From IMG/VR virus record IMGVR_UViG_3300037424_000366, positions 1 to 31,932 of that record: 31,932 bases of DNA; one strand, 5' to 3'. Position 1 is the first letter of the stretch; each line of letters starts with the position of its first letter. Below are positions 1 to 8,969 of the stretch, piece by piece. The translations under genes were made by a program, and so were the position numbers. The stretch is from a virus. Its lineage: Duplodnaviria > Caudoviricetes. The notes under the pieces were generated by a model, which was not told the origin of the DNA, made no database searches, and saw only the letters and a list, made by a program, of their open reading frames with translations.

Positions 1-1426
1 TTCTTCTAATTGAATTTACTGTATTATTAAACCCACTGCCAATATTAGTTAAAAATGTGTTGTCAACTTGACCAGTTGAGCCAATTTTAATAACTCTATT
101 TGCACTTATGCCACTAAATGATAAGAACGAACCCACAAAAACATATTCATTATCAGGTGTTGTTGCAACATCATACCAATATCTTGTAAATGTTCCACCA
201 CCAAAACCAACGCCATATTGAAATGTTGGATCAATTGTGAGATCATTATTTAATTTAATAATAAAATTTGCAGAAACACCACTATAATCATTAAAGATTC
301 CACCAATAAACATCTTATCATCTATTGTTTTCTTCACTCTATGTACAGTACTTTCAAACCCTTCTGAAAAATTTGGAGATATTAATGCATTACCTGCACT
401 ATCAATCTTTACTATTCTATATGCTGGTGAACCACTATATGAAGTAAACGATCCAACAACAACATAATTATCATCAACTGTTTGAATTGCATGGTTAACG
501 TTTGGATTGAATCCTGCTCCATCATCAAAGGTTGATTGATAAGTCCCACCACTATCAGTTACTATTAGACCATACGTACTATTACCGTCATATCCAGAGG
601 GTCCAACATAAACAATATTATTATTACTATTCACAAACATTTCACCAGCATATCCTATAGTGAATCCACTGCCATAAACAAATGTATTGTCAATTAAACC
701 ATCAGGAGTAAGTTTTACAATAGCATTAGCATCAACATTATTAAATGTATTAAATGACCCCGAAATTAAATAACCACCATTATTTTCAATTACTGTGTAT
801 GCAATACTATCAAATTTAGTTGGTGCTAACGTTGTTGTCGTAGTAGTTGTAGGCGGTACCGTTGTGGTTGTACTAGTTGTAGTTGTAGGCGGTGCTGTCG
901 TAGTAGTACTAGTTGTTGATGTTGTCGTAGTAGTTGTAGGCGGTACCGTTGTGGTTGTACTAGTTGTTGATGTTGTAGGTGGTGCTGTCGTAGTAGTACT
1001 TGTTGTTGATGTTGTCGTAGTAGTTGTTGGCGGTACTGTCGTAGTAGTACTAGTTGTTGATGTTGTAGGTGGTGCTGTCGTAGTAGTACTTGTTGATGTC
1101 GTTGTAGTGGTACTAGTGGTTGTTGTAGGTGGATCACAAGCAGGTTCATCGTATTGGGCATCTTCTAATAATTCGATTTTATTATTGATGTTTAATTCTC
1201 CGCTTTTGACATAAAAAAGAAAATCTTCTACTCTTTGTTCATATTCACCAAAACTTAAATCTTGTAATTCCAATAAATTTATTGTGTCATATTGAAATTC
1301 AGTTCCACCAGAACTTATTCCTGAAAATGCTTCTGTTAAATCGAAACTTTCTTCAATAAAAACATATGACATTCCAGAAGGAACACCAACAATACAGTTA
1401 AGTATATATTTTCTTGCTACTCCCAT
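1..1426 (-). CDS. Putative virion surface/receptor-binding protein: N-terminal domain, about 100-aa Thr-rich stalk, delta-60 (DUF5122-like) beta-propeller repeats; 3'-truncated by the window edge
   Basis: Not in the ORF track; translated by hand. ATG at 1426-1424 overlaps the upstream stop (TAATG). Reads MGVARKYILNC...ACDPPTTTTSTTTT..., then repeats such as LISGSFNTFNNVDANAIVKLTPDGLIDNTFVYGSGF and FVGSFLSFSGISANRVIKIGSTGQVDNTF. Open to position 1. Confidence 0.8.
   Translation of the reverse strand, partial: MGVARKYILNCIVGVPSGMSYVFIEESFDLTEAFSGISSGGTEFQYDTINLLELQDLSFGEYEQRVEDFLFYVKSGELNINNKIELLEDAQYDEPACDPPTTTTSTTTTTSTSTTTTAPPTTSTTSTTTTVPPTTTTTTSTTSTTTTAPPTTSTTSTTTTVPPTTTTTTSTTSTTTTAPPTTTTSTTTTVPPTTTTTTTLAPTKFDSIAYTVIENNGGYLISGSFNTFNNVDANAIVKLTPDGLIDNTFVYGSGFTIGYAGEMFVNSNNNIVYVGPSGYDGNSTYGLIVTDSGGTYQSTFDDGAGFNPNVNHAIQTVDDNYVVVGSFTSYSGSPAYRIVKIDSAGNALISPNFSEGFESTVHRVKKTIDDKMFIGGIFNDYSGVSANFIIKLNNDLTIDPTFQYGVGFGGGTFTRYWYDVATTPDNEYVFVGSFLSFSGISANRVIKIGSTGQVDNTFLTNIGSGFNNTVNSIRR
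826..1135 (-). repeat. Coding tandem repeat (about 87-90 bp period) encoding a Thr/Ser/Pro mucin-like stalk
   Basis: 961-1005 recurs at 1051-1095, and 891-960 is near-identical to 981-1050. Units read like TTSTTSTTTTAPP / TTTTVPP. Confidence 0.9.
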
Positions 1427-2358
1427 TATATAAATTTAGTTAATTCAGGATAATTTTTTTTTGTGTTTATTATTTCATCTACATAAAATGATGAACAATA
1501 ATCTTTATCAACCCAAGATAAATCATCATAAAAAGGTGATCTGTTAACATATTTACCTTTATAAAATAATTTTGATTGATTAGTCACACCCGCATTATGA
1601 TACAAATAATACGTTTGTAAATTACATTTTTTTATACTATCAGTTGCCCAAAGAAAATCCATAGGCTTAACAACACTCATTTTATGTCCTGATCTTATAC
1701 CATTCCACAAAACAGACCACATATCAGCAGTCCATGCTTGAATAGGGTGTTGTGGATTATATTTATTTGAAGTAGTAACCATATGTCGATACAAATCTTC
1801 TGAATCTTTTTCCACCTTATCCCAAAACTTCCAATCAGTATTCTTTATTACATATTGTGCTCCACCAGCATTGTTATCATTATCTTCAATTAATTTGAAA
1901 TCAACATCAACAATATCACACATTTCCTTAAATAGCTCTACACTCTTATTTTTTATATATTTTGAATTAATATATGATTTAGTATCAGATAAATACCAAA
2001 CATCGTTTTTCCAATTAATCACATTTTTTGGGTTTTTTAATAATAGAACATCTGTATCTAAATACATAAATGGTTCTGATTTTTCATTTTTATATTTTTC
2101 ATATAAAAATTTCTTAATTACATATGGTCTAATTGTTGGGTTATATAGAACATTTTTATTTCTACCATCTTTATATCCATGTATTTCAACTCCAGTATGA
2201 AATTTAATGTGTGACAATGCTGTTGATAATTTATCAGTAGATGTACCTACTAAATAAATTAAATCACTATCTAATCCAATTCTTTTAAAATTGTTAATTT
2301 GAGTTAAAATTTCCCACCAATATCTTATTTTATCTTCTGTCGCTACAATATATTTCAT
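1426..2358 (-). CDS. Putative GT-A fold glycosyltransferase resembling peptidyl O-glycosyltransferases (HPAT/SERGT-like)
   Basis: DxD motif in FMYLDTDVLL, plus YNPTIRPY, GGAQY, WTADMWSVLWN and a C-terminal YHNAG. Confidence 0.65.
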   Translation of the reverse strand: MKYIVATEDKIRYWWEILTQINNFKRIGLDSDLIYLVGTSTDKLSTALSHIKFHTGVEIHGYKDGRNKNVLYNPTIRPYVIKKFLYEKYKNEKSEPFMYLDTDVLLLKNPKNVINWKNDVWYLSDTKSYINSKYIKNKSVELFKEMCDIVDVDFKLIEDNDNNAGGAQYVIKNTDWKFWDKVEKDSEDLYRHMVTTSNKYNPQHPIQAWTADMWSVLWNGIRSGHKMSVVKPMDFLWATDSIKKCNLQTYYLYHNAGVTNQSKLFYKGKYVNRSPFYDDLSWVDKDYCSSFYVDEIINTKKNYPELTKFI

Positions 2359-2369
2359 ACTTTAAACGT

Positions 2370-5300
2370 TTATGGCGTTGGATTTGATTCGACTTGTGCT
2401 ATTGGTGCCGTTGGGTTAACAATATTACCAGTTACACCCACATCATTAAAAATAGATGTATTAGTTATTTGTGCAGTTGCTAATCCGCTTGTCGAACCAT
2501 CACCATCAATACTGACTCCTAATGCAATTCTTAATTGTTGACTTGCAACAGTATCATCGTGGTTAAGTTGGTATAAAAAATTACCAGTAGTAGTGCCCGT
2601 ATTTGCTAATGATTGATTATTATATAAATTTCCTGTGGTTATCAGGATACTTCCAGATGTAACTCCACTTGATGCTGCAATATATGTTATTTGTTGTATT
2701 GCACTATCTGCTGTGTTAGATAATTGATAATTTATAACAACTGAAATTGTTTGACCAGGTGTTAATGGTTGACTTAATTCTAAATTCCAATACGTTGTTT
2801 TATTTGGACTATCCCCACCAGTTCCTCCACTACTACCACCAGATGCAACCCAAGTTAAATTAACTACGGGTTCTGTTGTCGTAGTAGTTGTAGTTGTTGG
2901 TGCTAATGTAGTGGTTGTTGTAGTTGTGGGTGGTACTGTTGTAGTTGTACTAGTGGTAGTTGATGTGGTAGTAGTGGTTGTACCGGTGTCTTCGCAAACA
3001 AAATCATCATCCCAATTCGCTACAATGTTTGGTAATTTATATTTAAATTCACTACCATTATCACCAAACCAATTAAGATCAGGATCAAAACTAACCCCTC
3101 TTTTGTATGTGAATTTTTGTTTAGTAAATATGGTATTTCTAATTAAAATTCCCCCTTTACGCAAAATAATTGTTGCAGGTAATAATTGTCTTATAAATCT
3201 TTCGAAAAATGCATTATATTTACTAATAAATGGATATAAATTAGCAAATGTATAACCATTTGTTTTTAATGGATTACTGTCTGGTAAACACGATCTTCTT
3301 AAATATTCAGTATATAACCATTCTAATGTAGGATAATACCCACCATTAAAATCAGTAATAATTTTTCTACTTTTAGCATTTACTAATTTTCTTTGTATTA
3401 ATTCTATAAATTCTAAAAATGTTAAATTAGATATATTACCTAATCCAAAACTATCAGGAATTATTGGTGTTGACGAATTAGATGGGTCAATAATATAGAA
3501 TACTCCAAGAACATCACCTAAATGAACGCTTGGTGGTAAATAGATTTCATACGGATTACTTGGATTAACTTGATAATCCGTATATGGTTGAAGAGTAATA
3601 CCGTTAACCATAAATTTAACGTCTTCAACGCTATTAACTGCAAAATTTAATTTATAAATTATCTTATTTATTGGTGCACAATAATACAATTTAGATGTAT
3701 TATACCCATCGACCCTATAAAATTCACTTTTCTTTTCAATTGAAATGTCTGTAGTATTAACAATAAACGAAACAACAACAATAGGATTGGTTTGTAAATA
3801 AAGAATTAAATCGCTATTTTGAATAACTAAAACACTATGATCATTAGGGTCTTGAATGTAATCACCAACATATGAAGCACCTCCCTTTGCAACAGATATC
3901 CCATTTACAGATAATTGTACATCGCCTTGTGGTTCTTCGGGCAAATGAACTCTTGCTCCCGCATTTGTAATTTCACTAGACGGATTGATCCTATATACTA
4001 AATATTTAATTTCACCAACAGTAGGTATCCCTAATCTATCATATAGATATGTTAATGTGATAACATCTTTTTCACCAGAAGGATATTGTTGTGCATACAC
4101 ACCAGAAGCGGGGTTTATTTCAACAGTATTTCCGCTTTGACTATAATCCCAACTAGTTGTACCTGAAGATATTTCTGTAGAACCAGAAGGACTTAATACA
4201 AGACCATTAAAATTAAATTGAATACTTCCTAATGGTGTATGTGGTATAGTAAATTTAGTTGCTGGTGCATCATACCCAATACCTACATTAACAAACGTAT
4301 ATGGTTTAGTATATCCAGATGAATTAATAGGAAAATCAACTTGAGTTATATATCTCCAAACATCATATTCAATTGCTCTTGCAGTATCAAGAGTCACATC
4401 AATTTCTTTGGTGTTAATTATTAATTGACTATCATTTTGAAAATAGTTTGGTGTTGTATAATGTGTTCTTTCAGCATATCCTGTTTCAATCCAAGATTTT
4501 TTATTATCGATAGTTCGATTCACATCAAATCCCACTGCGCGATATAAATCAATATACGCTTGCCCAGAATCGCTATTACCTGATAATTGAAAAAACATAT
4601 CATTAGTTTCTGCAACAGCAATAGGATATCCTTGTGAATTATATGGTAAAGATGCTGATGGTAAATCAGCAAGAGTAAGAACAACCTCATCTGGATTAAT
4701 TTTACCATCTACAGTATAAACATATTCAGTAATATTAACAAAGGGTTCTGGAATACCAATTAAAAGTAATATAGATTTTAACGCATGTCGAGTACCCTTA
4801 GATTTCCAATAATAATTAGTATTAATTAAGATTCTTCTCCAAAGTTCAATATCAATTTCTGCTGGTAATAAATCATTTTCTTCTTTTTCAATGTCATTAA
4901 GAGCAGTAATTTCATCCATAAATTGTTCCTCTTCCAATAATGCAAAAAAATCCCAACCTAATGCGCGTGCTAAATTACCAACTAATTGATCTGGTATGTT
5001 TTTCTTTTTATCATAACTTACCTTATTTATATTAACTAAAGAATCAATAAATAATCTTGTGTCGTCAATTTCTCGGCCATAAATTCTCAACAATTTACTC
5101 ATTTTTTGTTCATCAGTATTGTCGAAAATTTTAATTGATTCGGGAGTTAAAAATCTAAAAATAAGGTCCGTTTTTAACGTATCATAAGCAACGCCTAGAT
5201 TCAATAATGCACTTTCGTATGCATTAAAAAGCGCATTATCAAAATCTACGTTGTAACCATCAGTTGTAGGCCAAATATAATTTTTATCTATAAATTGAAC

Positions 5301-6143
5301 ACCAGTGTCATAATCAATAATATTTTTTAATGTTGTTATAAATCCTGTCTGACCAGATATCCTTTCTTTAATCAAATATGATTCTAAAGTATTTAATCTT
5401 GATTTAAATAAATTGAATTGTTCTGGATTTGGTTTTAAATGGTATGGTATGTTTGTAGTTGTACCGCTTATTGCTTCTGGAAATGGATTACCCTTAACCA
5501 ATAAAGTTATGAAGGGTTTTGTTGCACTATCTCCAAGAAAACTTAATATATCATATCCGTTTTCTGTTGGTTTGTCTTTTCTCCAAATAACATAATTAAA
5601 ATAAGAAACATTTAAATTTCTTAACTCATTATCATTAATAACCTCATTATTACCATCATTAAATGTTAAACCAAACTTATTTACCACATATGTCGCTGGA
5701 ATATTAAATGTTGATGTGTTAGTATCCGCATCAAACAAATAATTAACTACAGTTACATTGCCACCAATATTTATTTGATTAGAAACAAATAAACTAGCTG
5801 GATATTTAAGAACAATATTTTGAATCCCAACCCTCATTGCTTCATGTGCAGAACCAAATTTAGCATAACTTCTTAAATCAGTTTTATCTAAATTAAGTGT
5901 TGCATTTGTAGATAAGAGATTAAATCTTTCTGATTGGGTTTGATTAAGTAATAGACTTTCTAATGTGATTGGCTTAACAAATGAACTTAATTCATTTGAA
6001 TAATCTTTTGTTTTACGACCAGTAAAATTACTTTCAACCCTAAAATCACCTAATGAAAATACTGTGTTTGATGGAACGTTAGTAAACGCATCGCCCATTA
6101 ATTGATTATTCTGATTTCTATTAGTTCTTCTTACTAGTGCCAT
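2370..6143 (-). CDS. Large baseplate wedge/tail protein with a P2 gpI-like segment, beta-rich repeats and a C-terminal Thr-rich linker
   Basis: IPDQLVGNLARALGWDF...LWRRILINTNYYWKSKGTRHALKSILLLIG resembles tail protein I / wedge motifs. Repeated (V/F)NG(I/L) beta modules. Lies in the baseplate operon. Confidence 0.7.
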   Translation of the reverse strand: MALVRRTNRNQNNQLMGDAFTNVPSNTVFSLGDFRVESNFTGRKTKDYSNELSSFVKPITLESLLLNQTQSERFNLLSTNATLNLDKTDLRSYAKFGSAHEAMRVGIQNIVLKYPASLFVSNQINIGGNVTVVNYLFDADTNTSTFNIPATYVVNKFGLTFNDGNNEVINDNELRNLNVSYFNYVIWRKDKPTENGYDILSFLGDSATKPFITLLVKGNPFPEAISGTTTNIPYHLKPNPEQFNLFKSRLNTLESYLIKERISGQTGFITTLKNIIDYDTGVQFIDKNYIWPTTDGYNVDFDNALFNAYESALLNLGVAYDTLKTDLIFRFLTPESIKIFDNTDEQKMSKLLRIYGREIDDTRLFIDSLVNINKVSYDKKKNIPDQLVGNLARALGWDFFALLEEEQFMDEITALNDIEKEENDLLPAEIDIELWRRILINTNYYWKSKGTRHALKSILLLIGIPEPFVNITEYVYTVDGKINPDEVVLTLADLPSASLPYNSQGYPIAVAETNDMFFQLSGNSDSGQAYIDLYRAVGFDVNRTIDNKKSWIETGYAERTHYTTPNYFQNDSQLIINTKEIDVTLDTARAIEYDVWRYITQVDFPINSSGYTKPYTFVNVGIGYDAPATKFTIPHTPLGSIQFNFNGLVLSPSGSTEISSGTTSWDYSQSGNTVEINPASGVYAQQYPSGEKDVITLTYLYDRLGIPTVGEIKYLVYRINPSSEITNAGARVHLPEEPQGDVQLSVNGISVAKGGASYVGDYIQDPNDHSVLVIQNSDLILYLQTNPIVVVSFIVNTTDISIEKKSEFYRVDGYNTSKLYYCAPINKIIYKLNFAVNSVEDVKFMVNGITLQPYTDYQVNPSNPYEIYLPPSVHLGDVLGVFYIIDPSNSSTPIIPDSFGLGNISNLTFLEFIELIQRKLVNAKSRKIITDFNGGYYPTLEWLYTEYLRRSCLPDSNPLKTNGYTFANLYPFISKYNAFFERFIRQLLPATIILRKGGILIRNTIFTKQKFTYKRGVSFDPDLNWFGDNGSEFKYKLPNIVANWDDDFVCEDTGTTTTTTSTTTSTTTTVPPTTTTTTTLAPTTTTTTTTEPVVNLTWVASGGSSGGTGGDSPNKTTYWNLELSQPLTPGQTISVVINYQLSNTADSAIQQITYIAASSGVTSGSILITTGNLYNNQSLANTGTTTGNFLYQLNHDDTVASQQLRIALGVSIDGDGSTSGLATAQITNTSIFNDVGVTGNIVNPTAPIAQVESNPTP
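2866..2985 (-). repeat. Second Thr-rich low-complexity coding stretch
   Basis: Encodes TGTTTTTTSTTTSTTTTVPPTTTTTTTLAPTTTTTTTTEP. Confidence 0.85.
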
Positions 6144-6176
6144 TTACTATATTTTTTTATAAATACTTAAAAAAAG
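6141..6176. repeat. Copy 1 of a 36-bp direct repeat (start codon plus upstream motif); copy 2 at 7351-7386
   Basis: catttactatatttttttataaatacttaaaaaaag vs cacttactatatttttttataaacactaaaaaaaag; 33/36 identical. Confidence 0.85.
6158..6166 (-). promoter_or_regulatory. GTATTTATA putative phage late promoter
   Basis: Recurrent intergenic motif; this copy is 14 nt upstream of the ATG at 6143. Confidence 0.65.
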
Positions 6177-6202
6177 AAATCCCAAACTATAATTTGGGAT
6201 TT
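6169..6202 (-). terminator. Intrinsic terminator
   Basis: 10-bp stem aaatcccaaa / tttgggattt with a 6-nt loop, followed by a T-run on the minus strand, downstream of the endonuclease gene. Confidence 0.7.
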
Positions 6203-6222
6203 AAAGAAATTTATTCTCTCAA

Positions 6223-7353
6223 TTATGATAACCATAATTTCTTTTTCAAAATCTCTTCAATATTTTCGTTATATCTAATCCTAAGTAATTTAATATTATT
6301 ATCTTTAGCAAATTGATTTTTTATCTTGTCGCTTTCTTGAATTCTTTTTAATCCTTCTTTACCGCCAAAATAATCAATTGCTTTAAAATGTAACATTCCA
6401 TCATATTCAATTAACATATTATGCTTTGGTAAATAAAAATCAAAAGGTAGTGTTTTTTTATATCTACAATCTTCAAATCTTTTTTGAATTTCAAATTCAA
6501 TATTAATTTTCTTTAAAAAATGTCTTATTTTCCTTTCTCCTTTAGATTCTTTACATATTGGACAACCTTGTTTATTATTGATATGATTTGCAGGTGTCTG
6601 TTTAAACACACCATGTTTTTTACATATTAATTTAACATTTAATTTACCGTGTTTATAATCAACTAAAGAATAATCATACTTATCACCATGAACTTTCATT
6701 GCTTTTTTTATAAATTCCTTGGTATTTGATTTTAAATTTTCAGCATTTAATTCAATAGCACATTTAGGACAACCTCTACCATGCATATGTGAATTAGGTA
6801 TTTGTTCAAACACCCCATGTTTAGGACATATAATTTTAACCTTTTCTTTACTATGAACATAATCTACCAATGAATAATCATATTTTTCATTATGAACTTC
6901 TTTTGCTTTTTTTATAAATTTATTTTTACCTAAACTTTCCTTTTTTATTGTTGTAAGTAATCCACATTTAGCACATCCTCTACCATCTAAATGTGATTGT
7001 GGCGTTTGCTCAAAATCACCGTGTTCTTTACATATTAATTTAACTTTTAATTTACTATGTTTATAATCAACTAAAGAATAATCATATTTATCTTTATGAA
7101 CTTCATTTGCTTTATTTAAAAAATCTGTTAAAGTTAATTTGTTATTCACATTTCTAAGAATATTGGCACATAACGGACAATTTTGACCTAGCATGTGATT
7201 ACTAGGTATTTGTTCGAACAAGCCATGCTCATGACATATGATTTTAACTTTAGTTTTGTTTGTTTTGTACTCTACTAATGAATAATCATATTTATCACCA
7301 TGAATTTGTTTTGCTCTTTTTATAAAATCTTTTTTATTTAATTTTCGTGACAC
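6223..7353 (-). CDS. Free-standing putative homing endonuclease: four KYDYS-CxxHG-CxxC zinc repeats (DUF723-like) plus a PD-(D/E)xK/Vsr-like nuclease domain
   Basis: Four HxxKYDYSLVxY...KxICxxHGxFxQxPxxH...CxxC repeats; C-terminal LPFDFYLPKHNMLIEYDGMLHF. GTG start. Confidence 0.8.
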   Translation of the reverse strand: MSRKLNKKDFIKRAKQIHGDKYDYSLVEYKTNKTKVKIICHEHGLFEQIPSNHMLGQNCPLCANILRNVNNKLTLTDFLNKANEVHKDKYDYSLVDYKHSKLKVKLICKEHGDFEQTPQSHLDGRGCAKCGLLTTIKKESLGKNKFIKKAKEVHNEKYDYSLVDYVHSKEKVKIICPKHGVFEQIPNSHMHGRGCPKCAIELNAENLKSNTKEFIKKAMKVHGDKYDYSLVDYKHGKLNVKLICKKHGVFKQTPANHINNKQGCPICKESKGERKIRHFLKKINIEFEIQKRFEDCRYKKTLPFDFYLPKHNMLIEYDGMLHFKAIDYFGGKEGLKRIQESDKIKNQFAKDNNIKLLRIRYNENIEEILKKKLWLS

Positions 7354-7386
7354 TTACTATATTTTTTTATAAACACTAAAAAAAAG
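7351..7386. repeat. Copy 2 of the 36-bp direct repeat, carrying a variant motif GTGTTTATA
   Basis: Matches 6141-6176 at 33/36 positions. Confidence 0.85.
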
Positions 7387-7389
7387 TGC

Positions 7390-8295
7390 TTAATTTTTAA
7401 TATTGAGATAATCTTGTGAAGAATCGATATTTTCACGTCTTTCTCTAACTTCATATACTTTTTGTGTTGTAACATCATCATCAATTTCGTAAAGATTATA
7501 TTGTCGAGTAATTACTTTTTCATTATCAACAGTATCATAATAACTCACAATACCTTTTTGTACATCTCTTATTTGATCACCACCAACTAAGTTAACCACC
7601 GTATCTATTGAATTTTCGGTTAATTCAACTTCAATAGCTATCGGATTAAAATATGTATTTGATAAAAATATTGTTTGATTAGGAACCCCTATAAATGGCG
7701 TTACATTGGGTTTTACATTTGATGCTGATGTTGGAGTCACTTGTACAAATAAAAGCGTACCAGAGTCATCAAAACGATATCTGACGGCAGTTTGAGAGGT
7801 ATTACCAACGTTTTCTGTAACAGGGATTACTTTATTTGCTGTTGCTATATATCTTACAACGTTTCTTAATTTTGTGCCATCAGAATTTTGATATTCTATT
7901 TTATAACCTTGTATTGCATTATTAGCATCCAAACCAGAAAGTTCTGGTAATATAGTATCTAAAATAATACCCTTTACTGTAGGTAAAGCAGAAAGAACCC
8001 CACAATCTGCAATTGTTGTAGTAATTACTTTAGGTCTAATATAAATTGTATAAATGCCAAGATTAGAAAATTCTTGTGCGGGTAATCTTAAATTATATAA
8101 ACCCCCCAATAAATTTTGAGTGCCTGAAACGTGTTCATCTTCTGGTGTTTCTAATTCAGTTAAAACATCAGTAGCTTCTAATCTAAAAGTTTCTGTTGTT
8201 AATGTTTCCCTATCGGGGCTATAAGTATAAAAAATATCAATATCTTCTATCGATACATCACTACTTTTTACGTTTCCGTATGTTCCAATCGCCAT
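7390..8295 (-). CDS. Hypothetical structural (baseplate/tail) protein
   Basis: 301-aa beta-rich ORF tightly packed in the baseplate operon. Confidence 0.6.
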   Translation of the reverse strand: MAIGTYGNVKSSDVSIEDIDIFYTYSPDRETLTTETFRLEATDVLTELETPEDEHVSGTQNLLGGLYNLRLPAQEFSNLGIYTIYIRPKVITTTIADCGVLSALPTVKGIILDTILPELSGLDANNAIQGYKIEYQNSDGTKLRNVVRYIATANKVIPVTENVGNTSQTAVRYRFDDSGTLLFVQVTPTSASNVKPNVTPFIGVPNQTIFLSNTYFNPIAIEVELTENSIDTVVNLVGGDQIRDVQKGIVSYYDTVDNEKVITRQYNLYEIDDDVTTQKVYEVRERRENIDSSQDYLNIKN

Positions 8296-8296
8296 T

Positions 8297-8962
8297 TTAT
8301 GTATTATTTACTATATTAAAATAATTGCCGCCCCCATAATAGGTTAAATCAGTTAAATTAGAGATATTACTTAATCTATAATTATTTTCAAATGCCGGTA
8401 AATCCTCTCTTATTATAAATACGTCACTTCCAACAATTGGTCTATCAATCATATTTTCTTTTGCTTCGTCCTTTATATATGGTAAATTTGTAAAATTATT
8501 TGCATCACTATAACCAGATGAAGTAAAACTAAACGTTGTTGTAAACCCACTATCTTCTGCAACATATTGATCTACATATGTAATACCTCCAATATAATAA
8601 ACATAGGTTTGACCTGATGTTGTCAAAGATAAATTTAAACCATTATCCGCAGATGTTGATCCTGTATAATATTTCTTAGATAAATCACTTGATGCACTCC
8701 ATTTTCTTAATTCAGATAATCTACTAGATGATAATCCTGACACAATAACGGTATTACCAGTAAGAGTTACACCAGTACCTCCTGTTGCTTTTGGATCATC
8801 TATAGTATCAAAAATACCCCAATCTTCAACTGTTGATGTGAGTAAAAATTTTATATTATAACTAGCACCAGTATCTGGTATAATATATCCTTGTTTAGTA
8901 TCGCCCGTTAAACTATATGCTACCTTTGTTGCTCTTAAAAAGGATTTTTTAATTAATTCCAC
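8297..8962 (-). CDS. Hypothetical structural protein (probable GTG start at 8962)
   Basis: ORF track gives 8297..9007. An in-frame GTG (MELIKKSF) 7 nt after the wedge stop avoids the overlap. G/S/T-rich. Confidence 0.6.
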   Translation of the reverse strand: MELIKKSFLRATKVAYSLTGDTKQGYIIPDTGASYNIKFLLTSTVEDWGIFDTIDDPKATGGTGVTLTGNTVIVSGLSSSRLSELRKWSASSDLSKKYYTGSTSADNGLNLSLTTSGQTYVYYIGGITYVDQYVAEDSGFTTTFSFTSSGYSDANNFTNLPYIKDEAKENMIDRPIVGSDVFIIREDLPAFENNYRLSNISNLTDLTYYGGGNYFNIVNNT

Positions 8963-8969
8963 AATTGTT

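Noticed and set aside
826-1135. Tandem repeats as a possible CRISPR array
   Set aside because: No unique spacers; the repeats are in-frame, low-complexity coding sequence.
795-1214. Val-rich plus-strand ORF and Gln-rich minus-strand ORF 826..1161
   Set aside because: Antisense and alternative-frame shadows of the Thr-codon repeat in the real gene that starts at 1426.
2911-3255. Val-rich plus-strand ORF
   Set aside because: Antisense shadow of the Thr tract in the 1257-aa gene.
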